Numbered from the stretch's first letter, positions 30,196 to 42,490 are shown. The stretch is DNA of 64,000 nt from an uncultured Chloroflexia bacterium (GCA_963734535.1 CAVTHS010000014.1:224001-288000), one strand, 5' to 3'. A program made the numbers and translations. The notes: generated by a model from the sequence alone, not told the origin.

Positions 30196-31407
30196 ATGGG
30201 CGCCCCGCTCCCCGACGAACCCTGCGTCGACCTGCCCGCCCGGCCACCGCTGCCGGGCGGCCGGCCCCTGCGCGTCGTCGAGGTGATGGCCACCGGCACG
30301 AACGGCGGCGCCCAGGAGCACGTCTACTCGCTGCTCTCGCGGATGGACCGCACCCGCTACGAGCCCAGCGTCGTCTCGCTCTCGCCGGGGAGCGCGGTCC
30401 GGGCGATCCAGCGACTGGGAGTCCCGGTCATGGTCTTCGACGAGCCGGACGACGCGATCGCGGTCGGCGCGCTCGCGACCCACCTCTCCGACGTCGGCGC
30501 CGAGATCGTGCACAACCACATGTACCGGGCCGAGCTGGTGGGGACGCGCGCGGCGATCGCCCTGGGCGAGGCCGGCCACCGCCGGCCGTGGGTCATCGGC
30601 ACCGTCCACTCCAGCCGGATCCGCGCGGCCGACGACCGCGAGGTCCTGCGCAACCTCACCCCGCGCATGAACCACCTGGTCGCCGTGAGCCGGGCGATCG
30701 TCCACAAGATCGCCGAGGAGCGACCGAGCGCCGTTCCGGTCTCCCTGGTCCACAACGGCGTGGACCTGGCCCGCTACGACCGGACCGAGGCGTGCTGCAC
30801 GCTCCCCGAGGAATACGGGTTGGAGCCCGGCGCCCAGATCGTGGGCGTCGTCGGGCGCCTGGAGCCGGAGAAGGGCCACCCCACCCTGATCGACGCGTGG
30901 CCCCTCGTCCTCCGGGCGGTCCCCGGTGCCTACCTGTTGATCGTCGGTGAGGGCAGCCGGCGCGAGGCGCTCGAGGACCAGGTGGCGGAGCTCGGGATCG
31001 GCTCGCGGGTCATCTTCACCGGTCGCCGCGACGACGTCCCCGCGGTGACCGCCGCGCTGGACGTCGCCGTGCTGCCCTCCTACCGCGAGGCGCAGGGCCT
31101 CACGATCCTCGAGGCGATGGCGCTCTCGCGCCCGGTCGTCGCGTCCAACGTCGGCGGGATCCCCGAGATGGTGGAGGACGGGCGGACCGGCCTCCTCGTG
31201 CCGCCCCACGATCCCGAGGCGCTGGCGGCCGCGATCACGCGGCTCCTCCTGGACCACCCCTTCGCCGACATGCTTGCCCGGGCAGGCCACGACCTGGTCC
31301 ACGAGCGCTTCTGCGTGGAGCTGATGGTGCGGGCGATCGAGGACCTCTACGACGAGGGCGCGGCGGCGATCCGAGAGCCGGTGCTCGAGGCGGTCGCCGC
31401 GGGCTGA
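30196..31407 (+). CDS. GT4 (GT-B) glycosyltransferase
   Basis: GGAQ, HNGVD, VGRLEPEKGH, EAQGLTILEAMA..PVVASNVGGIPE. Confidence 0.92.
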   Translation: MGAPLPDEPCVDLPARPPLPGGRPLRVVEVMATGTNGGAQEHVYSLLSRMDRTRYEPSVVSLSPGSAVRAIQRLGVPVMVFDEPDDAIAVGALATHLSDVGAEIVHNHMYRAELVGTRAAIALGEAGHRRPWVIGTVHSSRIRAADDREVLRNLTPRMNHLVAVSRAIVHKIAEERPSAVPVSLVHNGVDLARYDRTEACCTLPEEYGLEPGAQIVGVVGRLEPEKGHPTLIDAWPLVLRAVPGAYLLIVGEGSRREALEDQVAELGIGSRVIFTGRRDDVPAVTAALDVAVLPSYREAQGLTILEAMALSRPVVASNVGGIPEMVEDGRTGLLVPPHDPEALAAAITRLLLDHPFADMLARAGHDLVHERFCVELMVRAIEDLYDEGAAAIREPVLEAVAAG

Positions 31408-31496
31408 TCCGGAGCGCTGCCCGGCCGTCTCGGGACCGACTCGGTCAGGACGATCGGGTGGTCGGCGGCCGGCCTCGCCCGCGTAGACTTCGGGCC

Positions 31497-32290
31497 ATGG
31501 AGCGCACCGCGGCGCCGCGCAGGACGGCCCGACCGGCGCGCGCCCGCTGGCTCTCGCTCGGCCTGTTCGCGCTGGCGGTCGTCGGGGCCCTTGCCGGGGC
31601 TCTATGTGCTTCTGGCTTCACCTGACGACCGATCCGCTCACCGACGTCCACGCCTACTACGAGGCGGCCGCGCGCCTGAACGCCGGGCCAGCCGCTCTAT
31701 CCGCCCGGCCAGGACGTGGACGCCCCCGCGCGTACCTCTACCCACCGCTCCTCGCGATCCTGTTCCGCCCGCTCGCACTCCTTCCGTTCGATGCCGCGGC
31801 TGCGATCTGGGAGGTCGTCGTCGTCGCGAGCTTCGTGGCGACGGTCTGGCGTATCGGGCTCCGGCGCCGCGAGACGTGGCTCGCGCTCGGCATCCTCGCG
31901 CTCCCGATCGCGTGGTGTCTCGCGATCGGCCAGGCGCAGGTCCTGTTGACGCTGCTTCACGGCGATCGGCAGCCCCGTGGTCGATCGCCCTCGCCGCCAA
32001 CATCAAGCTCTTTCCCGCGGCGATCGCGCTCTACTGGGTCGGACGGCGCGACTGGCGAAGTCTCGGCGCCTTCGTCACGACGTTGGGCGGCCTCGCGCTC
32101 CTCCAGCTGGTCCTCGCGCCCCAGGCGACCGTGGACTACGTAACGGCAGATCACCCTGAAGCAGGTCGGAGCCGTCACCAACCTGTCGCCGTACGCCGTC
32201 TCGCCGTTGCTTTGGGGTGCGCTCGTCTTCGTCGGAGTGGGCATCGTCCTCCGGCTGGCATCGACTCGGTGGTCGGAGCGGATCAACGCG
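31497..32290 (+). CDS. GT87-like membrane glycosyltransferase, frameshifted and probably truncated
   Basis: DVHAYYEAAARLN, YLYPPL, GQAQ, NIKLFP across frames; TAGACT -10 box before ATG. Confidence 0.6.
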
Positions 32291-32299
32291 GGCTGGTCG

Positions 32300-32830
32300 C
32301 CGCATCGCTGTGCTCCTCTGGCGCTTGGCCGGCCGTATCGGAGTTGGACGACCCACGAGACCGGGCGTGGCTCGTCGTCCTCTTCGGCCTCAGCACGCCA
32401 CGTGGTGGATCGGCGATGCGGGGCGGCGTCTGGCATACGGGCCAACTATTCGCGTCGGTCCTGATGTTCACCGCGCTTGCTCGAGGCGCACGGGCGACGC
32501 CGCACGCTGCTCCTGGGCCTCCTGGGCGAAGCCGGATTCCAAAGCCGGCCGACGCTCGCGCGGCCTTTCCGTACTGGGCATGGCGAGTCTGCCGGACGGC
32601 AGCCGGACACAACTCAGGCGACGCTCTCCAGCGACTTGGCACTGCTGGGTGTCGGCGCTGCTCCGGCGCTCCTGTTCGCGCTGTGGTACAACGCCTCCCG
32701 CTTCGGCACCCGCTGATCCGGCTAGCGCTGGCGCGCTCCACCGGGCCGGGGGTGGCCCGCGGCGGTGATCCTGAGCGTAGTTGCCACGCCACGGCTTCTC
32801 GTCTACATGTTCATGACCTTCGTCGCCGTC
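32300..32830 (+). pseudogene. Internal fragment of another GT-C-like membrane protein
   Basis: GGVWHTGQ, SRPT and LFALWYNASRFG then a stop; resembles the gene at 63259-64000 (YNLARWG). Confidence 0.45.
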
Positions 32831-32938
32831 CTCACGTCCCCTGACAGGCGCCGCCGATAGCCTCCGCGGGGTGTTCTTGTGTCCGTTCCCAGACCGGTGA
32901 CGGCCGATCATGATCACGCTTGCTGTAAGGTCGAAGTC

Positions 32939-34627
32939 ATGCTTCGACGCCTCGGCCGCACCGATATGGTCGCCTTGGCGACCCTCTGTCTGGCCGGGGT
33001 CGGCATTCCGCTCTGGCTTTCCGCTGCTGCCGGAGCCATCGGCCTCCCGGGCAACGACGACTGGGTCTACATGCGGGCCGCCGGCAGCCTGTTCCGCACG
33101 GGCAACGTCGACTTGCCGGGGCACACGGCAGCCTTCGTCGGGCAGCTCGTGATCGTCCAGCCGTTCCTGTGGCTGTCGGGGGGAAACCCCTGGGCGTTCA
33201 CCGCATTCGGGCTGACCGCAACGTTGATTGGTGTTGTGTCCACATACCTCCTCGCCCGACGCTTTGTCCTGACGGTCTCGGCGGTCCTGGTCGTCCTGCT
33301 CGTGGAGGTCTTCCCCGGGTTTGCCCGCGAATCGGCCAGCTTCATGACCGATGTCCCCGCCTACGCGCTCACCATGCTCAGCCTGCTCCTGGGGATCAGG
33401 TGGCTTCAGGGCGATGGCAGAAGAGCGACCTTCGTGGCGGCTCTCGCGGTCGGTGTTCTTGCCTTCAGCATCCGTGAGTTTGCGATCGCGGCGCCCGTTG
33501 CGATCCTGGTCGCCGCCTGGACCCGGAACCGTGCTGACGAGCGAATTTGGCTCGCGGGCCTGTCGGCGATCGTCGCCGTCGGGGTGGCAGCGGTCGTCCG
33601 CATTGCGGCCCTGATGCCAGGCCATGGCGCGGTGGTGACACCCCACCCAGGACAGTTGGGCCTGCTAGGCCCGGCCTTCACGACCCTCGGTGCGGTCCTC
33701 CTGCCCGCGGCCGCGCTCGCGATGGGTCGACGGATCGCGACCTTCAGCCCGGCACAGACCATCCTCGGCGCCGGGCTCGTTTGCCTCTTGGTCGCGCCGC
33801 TATCCGGCACGCTCGTCGGGAACCTCTGGATGCCAAATGGTGCGGCGGGTGATGATCTCCTCACTGGCACCCGGGGTGCCGTGATTGGCGCGGTCGCGTG
33901 GGCGCTCTCGAGCCAGCTCGCCTTCTTCGCGGCAATGCTCGCCGCGGCGCTGGCCATCCGTTGGGGCCACCGCAGCCTCGCTGGAGCCATTTCGTTGTCG
34001 ACAGCCACCGAACGGGCGATCCGCATCGCCCGGAGCCGTGAGGGGCCCATCGTGCTCTTCCTCGGCGCTTACGCTGGAGAACTCGCTGTCTTCACCTCGT
34101 TGAGTTACCCGCTCGATCGATATCTCTACCCGCTGGTCCCGGCAGCCGCAATTCTCCTGCTGCGGGGCAGCGCGCGGCCTTCCTGGTTCGGTCGAAACCA
34201 AGCCATTTCCCACGCTGCCTTCGCGTGGCTCGCCGCCTCGGCGTTCGTCATCGCTAGCAACTCATTCGCCTACGACGCGGCCCGATATCGGGAAGGCGAG
34301 GCGACCGTAGCCCTAGGCTATGACGCGCGCACGATTGACGCTGGTTACGAATGGGTCGGCTATCACGCGACCGGGGTTGGCAACTCGGTTTCTCCCGAGT
34401 ACGGCCTGAAGTGGTACGACGACATGCTGTTGCCATCCCGCCCCTGCGCCGTTCTCTCGAACAGCCCAGTGGACCTCCCCGGTTTCAGACTGATTAGGGT
34501 CAACCGATCGGCGTACCTGCGGTATCTCTTCTTCGGTCCGGCGGAGCCGCTCTACCTCTACGGCTCCCTTGCCGCTGGATGTCCGCCGGCTCCTGCTCCC
34601 GTCGCATGGGCGACGCCGCCGCCCTAG
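32939..34627 (+). CDS. GT-C-like (GT39-type) membrane glycosyltransferase
   Basis: NDDWVY, SFMTDVP, IRE, DRYL and IDAGYEW motifs; many TM helices. Confidence 0.72.
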   Translation: MLRRLGRTDMVALATLCLAGVGIPLWLSAAAGAIGLPGNDDWVYMRAAGSLFRTGNVDLPGHTAAFVGQLVIVQPFLWLSGGNPWAFTAFGLTATLIGVVSTYLLARRFVLTVSAVLVVLLVEVFPGFARESASFMTDVPAYALTMLSLLLGIRWLQGDGRRATFVAALAVGVLAFSIREFAIAAPVAILVAAWTRNRADERIWLAGLSAIVAVGVAAVVRIAALMPGHGAVVTPHPGQLGLLGPAFTTLGAVLLPAAALAMGRRIATFSPAQTILGAGLVCLLVAPLSGTLVGNLWMPNGAAGDDLLTGTRGAVIGAVAWALSSQLAFFAAMLAAALAIRWGHRSLAGAISLSTATERAIRIARSREGPIVLFLGAYAGELAVFTSLSYPLDRYLYPLVPAAAILLLRGSARPSWFGRNQAISHAAFAWLAASAFVIASNSFAYDAARYREGEATVALGYDARTIDAGYEWVGYHATGVGNSVSPEYGLKWYDDMLLPSRPCAVLSNSPVDLPGFRLIRVNRSAYLRYLFFGPAEPLYLYGSLAAGCPPAPAPVAWATPPP

Positions 34628-35790
34628 TGTCCTGAGTCACAAGTACTCTATATGATAGAGGCATCTCTCATGGCCGCACGAACCGGGAGGATGCCGATGC
34701 CCAGGGGACGCCCCCTCGAGGAGCTCACCGTGACGGCGGAGGAACAGGCGACGTTGACCGGCTGGACTCGCCGGCCGACGACGGCTCAGGCGCTGGCCCA
34801 CCGGGCACGCATCGTGCTCGGGGCCGCCGAGGGCCGCTCGAACAAGGACATCGCCGCGACGCTGCGGATCACCGAGCCGACGGTCGGCAAGTGGCGGCGG
34901 CGAGTTCCTCGCCGGGCGCCTCGACGGCCTGCTCGACGAGCCGCGCCCAGGGGCACCGCGGACGATCGGCGACGCCGACGTCGAGCGGGTCATCGCGCTC
35001 ACCCTCGAGTCGGCGCCGCGCGATGCGACCCACTGGAGCACCCGCTCGATGGCCGTCGCGACCGGCTACAGCCAGAGCTCGATCAGCCGGATCTGGCGGG
35101 CCTTCGCCCTCGCGCCACACCGGAGCGAGACGTTCAAGCGAGCACGTTCGATGCGCGCTCTTCATCGAGAAGGTCCGCGACGATCGTCGCGGCTTCCTCG
35201 CGCCGCCCGCGCGGGCGCTCGTCCTCTCGGTCGACGAGAAGACGCCAGATCGAGGCGCGTCGACAGGACGGCGCCGGCCTGCTGCGTCCCGGGCCAGGTC
35301 GAGCGCCACACCCGCGGACTACGAGCGCCTGACGACGAGCCTGGTGTCGCCGCCCTCGACGTGGCGCCGGTCGTCCAGGAGCTCGGCGAGTGCCAGACCG
35401 ACGCCACCGGGCGGACAGTTCCGGCGGCCGTCGCTCGACGCATCGAGACGGCGTTCCTGGATCGCCCGACCTCGGCCAGGTCCACGTCATGCCTGTGCTG
35501 GTTGGACGATGGTCTGGCGGCAGCGCGCGCTGACGTCCGCACTCGTGGCCGCGCGCTGGCTGGTGAGCCGGGCCTCGCTACTGGCACCGGACCATTACAC
35601 GCCAATGGCGCTTCCTGGCTCACGGAGCTGGGAGCGAGTCGAGTCGGGTACCTTCGCGCTGCTCGCCGAAAGGCAGCGTCCGCCGCGGCGCCCATGACGC
35701 AGCGCCGGCTCGATCTCGGCGCCGCGATCGGTCGCCTACCTCTGGACAATCCTGCGGACCTCACGAGAATTCGCCGAGGCACCCTCGCCG
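34624..35790 (+). mobile_element. IS630-family insertion sequence, degraded or frameshifted transposase
   Basis: Begins at CTAG/TGTCCTGAGTCA; RARIVL, TVGKWRRR, LLDEPRPGAPR, THWSTRSMA, RIWRAF.LAPHRSETFK, VLSVDEK motifs; right end not recognisable. Confidence 0.85.
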
Positions 35791-36125
35791 GTCATCTGTG
35801 GCCCCGTACACGAGCGCCGTACGCAGCCACGATCCTGCTGCTGGCCGTGAAGCCGGCCTTGCGTCTGCACCTCGGCGACGCACGTCCTAGCGTTGAGCGC
35901 AAGGACGACGCTCGTCCCGGTGCTCGCCGTCGCCGCACGGGGTGAGGGCGGCTTGGCCGCACGTCTCCCGCCGACACGAGAGTGGACCGACCGCATGCCG
36001 CCATGACGCCGATGACGATTGGCCGGATGAGCGCCGCGCCCGGCCCGTGCAGCCCTCGCGGCTGTCCCGCCGTGCGTTGACGGCGGGAGCCCTCTGCCAT
36101 TCCGCACCGCTAGGATTGCGTATCC

Positions 36126-36859
36126 ATGCCAGAGCCCCTCACCCCAGAGCCCCTCGTCGCCGTCGTCATCCCTGCCCTCAACGAGGCGGGGAAGATCGGG
36201 CGCGTCCTGGACAAGATTCCCGCGCGACGGGCGCTTCGAGGCGATCGTCGTGGACGACGGCTCCACGGACGGGACCGGCGACGAGGCGCGGGCGCACGGC
36301 GCCGCGGTCGTCGTCCGCCACGAGGTTCGGGGCGGCGTGGGGGCCGCGATCCGCGACGGCTGGAAGGCCGGCCTTGCGCGCAACCGCCCGTACCTGGCGC
36401 TGGTCTCCGGCGACGACCAGCACGAGCCCGGAGGAGCTGGCCGGCGCGCTCGATCGCCTGATCGCCGGCAAGGCGGACTACGTCCAGGGCTCGCGCTGGG
36501 TGCGCGGCGGCCACGTCGTCGGGGCCACCGGCGGGCGCGGGTTCGGGACCCGGGTCTACTCGATCGCGTTCAGCGTGCTCGCGTTCCACCGCGTCACGGA
36601 CGCGACGAACGGGTTCCGCGTCTTCCGCTCGGAGCTCCTGCGCGACCCCTCGATCGACCTGGACCAGGCCTGGCTGGACAGCTACGACCTGGAGCCATAC
36701 GTGCTCTACAAGGCGATCCGGGGGCACCATCGGGTCATCGAATACCCGGTGACCGTCCGGTATCACGCCGCGGAGGGATACACGAAGATGCGGGGGATCC
36801 GCGACTGGTGGCGGCTGTTCCGGCCTGCCTTCCTTCTTCGATTCGGGGTGAAGCGATGA
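36126..36859 (+). CDS. GT2 polyprenyl-phosphate glycosyltransferase, frameshifted
   Basis: VVIPALNE, VDDGSTD, GDDQH, VQGSRW, DATNGFR. Confidence 0.82.
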
Positions 36860-37839
36860 CGTTCGAGGTCGACCGCGCCTTCGCGGGGCGACGCGTGCTG
36901 GTGACCGGGGGGGCCGGATTCGTGGGCGGGGCGGTGGTTCGCCGGCTCGTGGAGCAGGGCGCCCGCGTGACGGTCCTCGACGACCTCTTCACCGGGCGCG
37001 CCGACACGTTGCCCTCGTCCGCCCAGTTCGTCGAAGGTTCGGTGACGGACGCGCCGCTGGTGCGGGACCTGGTCGCCGGGGCCTCGGTCGTCTTCCACAT
37101 GGCCGCCCGGAACATCATCGCGAGCACGCAGAACCCGCGCGACGACTTCGAGACCAACATCGGCGGGACGCTCAACGTCCTGCTGGCGGCGCGCGACTCG
37201 CGGCCGGACCGGGTCGTCTACACGTCGTCGGCGTCGGTCTACGGCAACCCGCGCTCGATCCCGATCAACGAGGACGACCGGCTGGTCATGCTCTCCCCGT
37301 ACGCGGTCAGCAAGCTGGGCGGCGAGAACTACTGCAACGCGTTCCACGAGAGCTACGGGCTCTCGGTGGCGGTGGTCCGCTACTCCAACGTGTTCGGCGA
37401 AGGCCAGCGGCCGGACAACCCGTACTGCGGCGTGGTCAGCAAGTTCTTCGCCTCGGCGATGGCCGGCGAGCCGCTGTCCGTCCACGGCGACGGCGAGCAG
37501 ACGCGCGACTACACGTACGTCGACGACGCGGTGGCGGCCACGCTCCTCGCCGCGATCCACCCGCGCGCCGAGGGCGAGGTCTTCAACATCGGCACGGGCA
37601 TCGAGACGTCCGTCAACGCGCTGGCGGCCGGCGTCCTGGCGGCTGTCGGCCGGGACGTGGAGATCCGCCACGTCGACCGGCGGGACATCGACAACATCCG
37701 CCGCCGCGTGGTGAACATCGAGAAGATCCGCCGGATGCTGCGCTGGTCGCCCCAGGTCACGCTGGCGCGGGGTCTCGCGGACACGGCCGAGTGGCTCGCC
37801 CGCGAGGGCGAGCGCGCGGGGCTGGGCACGCCCGGGTGA
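36856..37839 (+). CDS. NAD-dependent epimerase/dehydratase (extended SDR)
   Basis: VTGGAGFVG, SSASVYG, YAVSK, RYSNVFG, GDGEQTRDY. Confidence 0.92.
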   Translation: MTFEVDRAFAGRRVLVTGGAGFVGGAVVRRLVEQGARVTVLDDLFTGRADTLPSSAQFVEGSVTDAPLVRDLVAGASVVFHMAARNIIASTQNPRDDFETNIGGTLNVLLAARDSRPDRVVYTSSASVYGNPRSIPINEDDRLVMLSPYAVSKLGGENYCNAFHESYGLSVAVVRYSNVFGEGQRPDNPYCGVVSKFFASAMAGEPLSVHGDGEQTRDYTYVDDAVAATLLAAIHPRAEGEVFNIGTGIETSVNALAAGVLAAVGRDVEIRHVDRRDIDNIRRRVVNIEKIRRMLRWSPQVTLARGLADTAEWLAREGERAGLGTPG

Positions 37840-38554
37840 ATCGCGATCCGGGTCGCGGGAGGCCGAGGCGCTCTCGAACGAGCCATCGGAACTGGAGCTC
37901 CCTGGCGTTCCTGACGAGATCTACCGCAGGCGGTTCCCGGAGCGCGAGCACCGGGAGAAGGTGGCGCTGTGGCGGGTGCTGGCGCCGTACCTGGACCGTC
38001 TCTTCCCGCCCGGCCCGATCCTCGACGTTGCCTGCGACCGGGGCTACTTCGTCGGCAACGTCTCGCGGACGGAACGCTGGGCGACGGACCTTCGGGACAC
38101 CTCCGCGGACCTTCCACGCGACGTCCGATTCGTGCAGGCCAACGGCCTGGGCCTGGCGGACGTCCTGCCCGGCGCGTACTTCGCCGGGGTCTTCATGAGC
38201 AACTACCTCGAGCACCTGGCGACGAGCAACGAGGTTGTCCGCCAGCTGGAGGTCGCTCGCTCCCTGCTGCGGCCGAACGGACGCGTCGTCGTGCTCCAGC
38301 CGAACGTCCGGCTCGTCGGCGGGGCGTACTGGGACTTCATCGACCACCACGTCGCGCTCACCGAGCGCAGCCTCGTGGAGGCGGCCGAGCTCGCCGGCCT
38401 CCGAACCATCGAGGTTCGCACGCGGTTCCTGCCGTATTCGACGAAGAGCCGCCTGCCGAAGCACCCCGCCCTCGTGCGGGCGTACCTCGCGTTCCCGCCC
38501 GCGTGGCGCCTCCTGGGCAAGCAGACCCTCTACGTCGGCGAGCGTCCCCGTTGA
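37836..38554 (+). CDS. Class I SAM-dependent methyltransferase (N-terminal frameshift)
   Basis: ILDVACDRG, SNYLEHL, LRPNG, YWDFIDH. Confidence 0.8.
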
Positions 38555-39656
38555 CCGTCGGCGAATCCTCGGCCGGTGGCCTCCGACTTCGAAGCCTGAT
38601 CGTCCTTGGGATCGTCTCGAGCTGCATCGCGATCGCGCTCCTGGTCGCCGCGGTGGATCCGTCCCGGACGCTCGCGGTCATCCAGCGCGCCCAACCCGGA
38701 CCGCTCGTCCTTGCCGTCGGCATCCTGGCGGTCCAGACGATCGTCCGGGCGGCCCGCTGGCGGCTGTTGCTCGGAAGGGGCGGCGATGGGGCACGACTGC
38801 CGTTCGGCCTGGTCCTCCGAGCGCTGCTCATCGGCTACCTGGGGAACGCGGCTCTGCCGCGCGGATCGGTGAGGCGGCGCGGGCCGGCGTGGTCGCCCGC
38901 GCTTCCAGTCGCGCCTTCGGCGCGGTCCTGGGCTCGGTCCTTCTCGAGCGGCTGATCGACCTCGTCGCGCTGGCCGTGCTGGTGCTGTCCGCCTCGGTGT
39001 TCGCCCCGGTGCCGGTGCTGGTCATCGACGTCGCGGCGGTGGTCGTCGCGATCGGGCTCGGCGCCGGGCTGATCCTGGCGGTCGCCGGGCGGCGACTGGG
39101 GAGGGCTGGCTCGGGGAACCCGGTCGGGCTGCGCCAACGCGCGGTGGCATTCGGTCGTCACATGCTGGCCGGCGCGCTCCACCCGGGGCGCGTCGTGATC
39201 CTCACCGCCGGTGCGCTCAGCCTCGTGGGATGGCTGCTCGACGCCGCGCTCTACCTCGCGGCGGCGGCGTCGCTTGGGATCGCGCTTCCTGCGGGCACGG
39301 CGGTGATCGTCGCTGCTTCGGGGGCGCTGGCGACGGCATTGCCCGCGGCCCCCGGGTACGTGGGGACCTACGATCTGGCGGCCGCGGCAGTCGGCGCAGG
39401 CCTTGGCCTGGATCCCGCGAAGGCGGTGGCCCTCGCGGCGGTGGTGCACGCGATGGTCCTTGTCCCCATCGCGTTGGCGGGGGCCGCCGCGCTCGTCGGC
39501 GAGACGGTCAATGGGCGGTCGGTGCGGTTCTTCGGTCCACGTCGGATCGCCGACGATCGCGGCTGCCGGCAGACGGGCTCGGGAACCGTGAGCTCGATCG
39601 TCCAGGACGACCTCCAACGTCGAGGCTGCCGCGACGGGCCATGGAGGTCGTCGTAG
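38551..39656 (+). CDS. Lysylphosphatidylglycerol-synthase TM / flippase-like protein, frameshifted
   Basis: RAARW, N..LP.RIGEAAR, LERLID, PAAPGYVGTY. Confidence 0.75.
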
Positions 39657-39706
39657 ACGGGTAACGTGGAGCCGCCCGGCCACCGGGGGGCGGTGACCGA
39701 TCGGCC

Positions 39707-41194
39707 ATGGAGGATCTCGTGACCCGCGACCGTCTCTGGACGCTCCTGGCGATCCTGCTCCCGGTCCTCGGCGCCACGATTGCCCCGCTCTCGACGGTTG
39801 ACCTCGCCTACCAGGTTCGGGTGGGCGACCTGATGCGGGCTTCGGGTTCCGTGTTGAGCACGGATCCGCTCACGTTCACGGCGGCCGGGCAGCCGTGGCT
39901 CAACCAGCAGTGGGGCGCGGGCGTCCTCCTCTCGCTCGGCTACTCCGCCGGCGGATGGGCCGGGCTCGCGCTGCTCCGGGCGCTCCTGGTGGGATTGGCG
40001 GTCGGGCTGGTCTTCTGGACCGCCCGACGATGGCTTTCCGCGCGCCCGGCGGCACTGCTGGCCCTTGGGGCTTCGTCGTCGGGATCGGCGCGCTCGCATT
40101 GCGCGCGCAGCTCTTCGGGATCGTCTGCTTCGTCCTCGTGGTCGCGCTCCTCGCGAATCGCCGGGCGCGACCGCGCCTGGCGTTCGCCGTGCCGCTCGTG
40201 GTCCTCGCCTGGGCGAACCTCCATGGGAGCTTCTTCCTGGGTGTGGGCGCCGCGGCGCTGGCTTTCCTCGCCGACGTGCGGGCGCCTGCGCCGCTGATGC
40301 GCCGGAGCCTGGTCGATCCTCGCGCTCACGGCCGCCGCGAGCGTCGTCACGCCGTTCGGCGCGGGCTCCTGGTCCTATGCCGTTGGGCTCTCGACGAACG
40401 GGGACGTGGCGCGCCTCGTGTCCGAGTGGCAGCGGACCAGCCCGCTTTCATTCGCGGGGGGCCTCTTCTACCTGACCGTCCTGGTCGCCGTCCTGGTCCT
40501 CGCCGCCGCCCGGCGTCGCGAACGGTGGTTGCCAGCGGTGCCCGGCCTGCTCTGGCTTGGCGGGCTGTTCGTGGTCGGTGCGTGGGCGGAGCGCGGGATC
40601 GTCTGGTGGGCGTTCGGGGCGCCGGTGGTGCTGGCGCCCGCTCTCGCGCGGCTCCGGGGCCCCGGCGTCGAGGCGGGGCCACCCAGGGCGGCGCGGCCCG
40701 AACCCGCGGCGCTGCGGCGCCTCAACCTCGGGATCGCGCTGGCCCTCGTCGCGCTCGTCGTCCTGCTCCAACCGATCTGGCGGCCGTCGGCGACGCTCGC
40801 CGGTCCGGACGGGCTGCTGACCGACGCGCCGGTCGGGCTGGCCGCCGCGTTGCGCGCCAGCGGCACCCCATCCGACCGCGCGGTGGTTCCCCAGCGCTGG
40901 GCATCGTGGCTCGAGTGGGCAGCGCCCGGCATCCCGGTGATGGTGGATAGCCGGATCGAGGTCGTGCCGCCGTCCGCCTGGACGGACTACCTGGCCATCG
41001 CCGCGGGGGGGCCGGGCACGCTCGAGACGCTCGGCCGTATCCGGGCGTCGCTCGTGGTCGTCGACCGCCGCGAGCAGGGGGCGCTGCTGCGCACGCTCGA
41101 GGCCTCGGACTCCGGTTGGCGCCTGGTCGCAGAGGACGCGGACGGTGCTGTCTTCCGGCCCTCGATCACGAGCGATCGCCCGAGCGGCGGTTGA
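39707..41194 (+). CDS. Polytopic membrane protein, GT-C-like, frameshifted
   Basis: DLAYQVRVG, DPLTFT, WLNQQW, WANLHGSF, EW..TSP and VDSR motifs over three frames. Confidence 0.6.
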
Positions 41195-41282
41195 TCGTGG
41201 TGCCGCGTCGCCACTCGGGCATGCCGCGGCGCCGGACGATCAGGGGATATCGCGCCACGAGGGGACTGGTACCCTCGCGGCC

Positions 41283-42484
41283 ATGACCAATGCATCGCTG
41301 GACGTCGTCGTTCTGGGCGGTGGAGGACATGTCGGGCTGCCGCTGAGCCTCGCCCTCGCGGACAGCGGGCTGCGGGTGGGCATCCACGACATCAACCAGG
41401 CCACGCTCGACGGGATCGGTGCCGGGAGGATGCCGTTCCGCGAGGAAGGAGCGGCCGACCTCCTGGCGCGGGTCCTCGCGACGGGCCGGCTTGCGCTGTC
41501 GGCGGATCCCTCGATGGTGGGCGACGCGGACTGCGTGATCGTGGTGATCGGCACGCCGGTCGACGAGTTCCTGGGCCCATCGATGACGGTCTTCGAACGC
41601 GCGGTGGACCAGATCGCGGGCCACCTCCGCGACGGCGCGCTCGTGATCCTTCGGAGCACGGTCTACCCGGGCACCACCGAGTACGTCTCCCAGGCGCTGG
41701 CCGAGCGCGGGCGCCGCGTCGACGTCGCGTTCTGCCCGGAGCGGATCGCCGAGGGCCACGCCCTGGAGGAGTTCCGGACGCTGCCCCAGATCGTGGGCGC
41801 CGACGACCCCGCGGTCGGCGATCGCGCCGAGGCGATCTTCCGGCAGGCTCACCGGACCAGATCGTCCGGACGTCCTCGAAGGAAGCCGAGCTGGCGAAGC
41901 TCCTCACGAACACGTGGCGCTACATGAAGTTCGCCATCGCGAACCAGTTCTTCATGGTGGCCCACCAGGCCGGGGTGGACTACGCGGCGGTCCTGAACGC
42001 CATCCGGCAGGACTACCCGCGGGCCGCCGACCTGCCGGGTCCCGGCTTCGCCGCCGGGCCGTGCCTCTTCAAGGACACGATGCAGCTCGCCGCCTTCACC
42101 AGCGACCACTTCCCGATGGGCCAGGCCGCGATGCAGGTGAACGAGGGGATGCCCGCCTACATCGTCGGCACGCTGGAGCAGCGCCTCGGCCCGCTCCGCG
42201 GACGGACGGTCGGGATCCTGGGGATGGCATTCAAGGCGGAGTCCGACGATCCGCGCGCCTCGCTCAGCTACAAGCTCCGCAAGCTGCTCGCCTGGGCGGG
42301 CGCCCGGGTGCTCGCGACGGATCCGTACGTGCGCGACGACCGGCTGGTCCCGCTCGAGACGGTCCTCGCGGAGAGCGAGATCCTCGTCATCGGCGCGCCG
42401 CACCGCGCCTATCGCGACCTGGAGCTGGGGGACCGCGAGGTCGTCGACGTCTGGAACGCGCTCGGGCGCGGCATCCGGATCTGA
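41283..42484 (+). CDS. Nucleotide-sugar dehydrogenase (UDP-Glc/GDP-Man/UDP-ManNAc DH family), frameshifted
   Basis: GGGGHVGLP, LRSTVYPG, FCPER, ELAKL, GPGFAAGPCLFKD, GMAFKAESDD.R. Confidence 0.9.
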
Positions 42485-42490
42485 CGGCCG

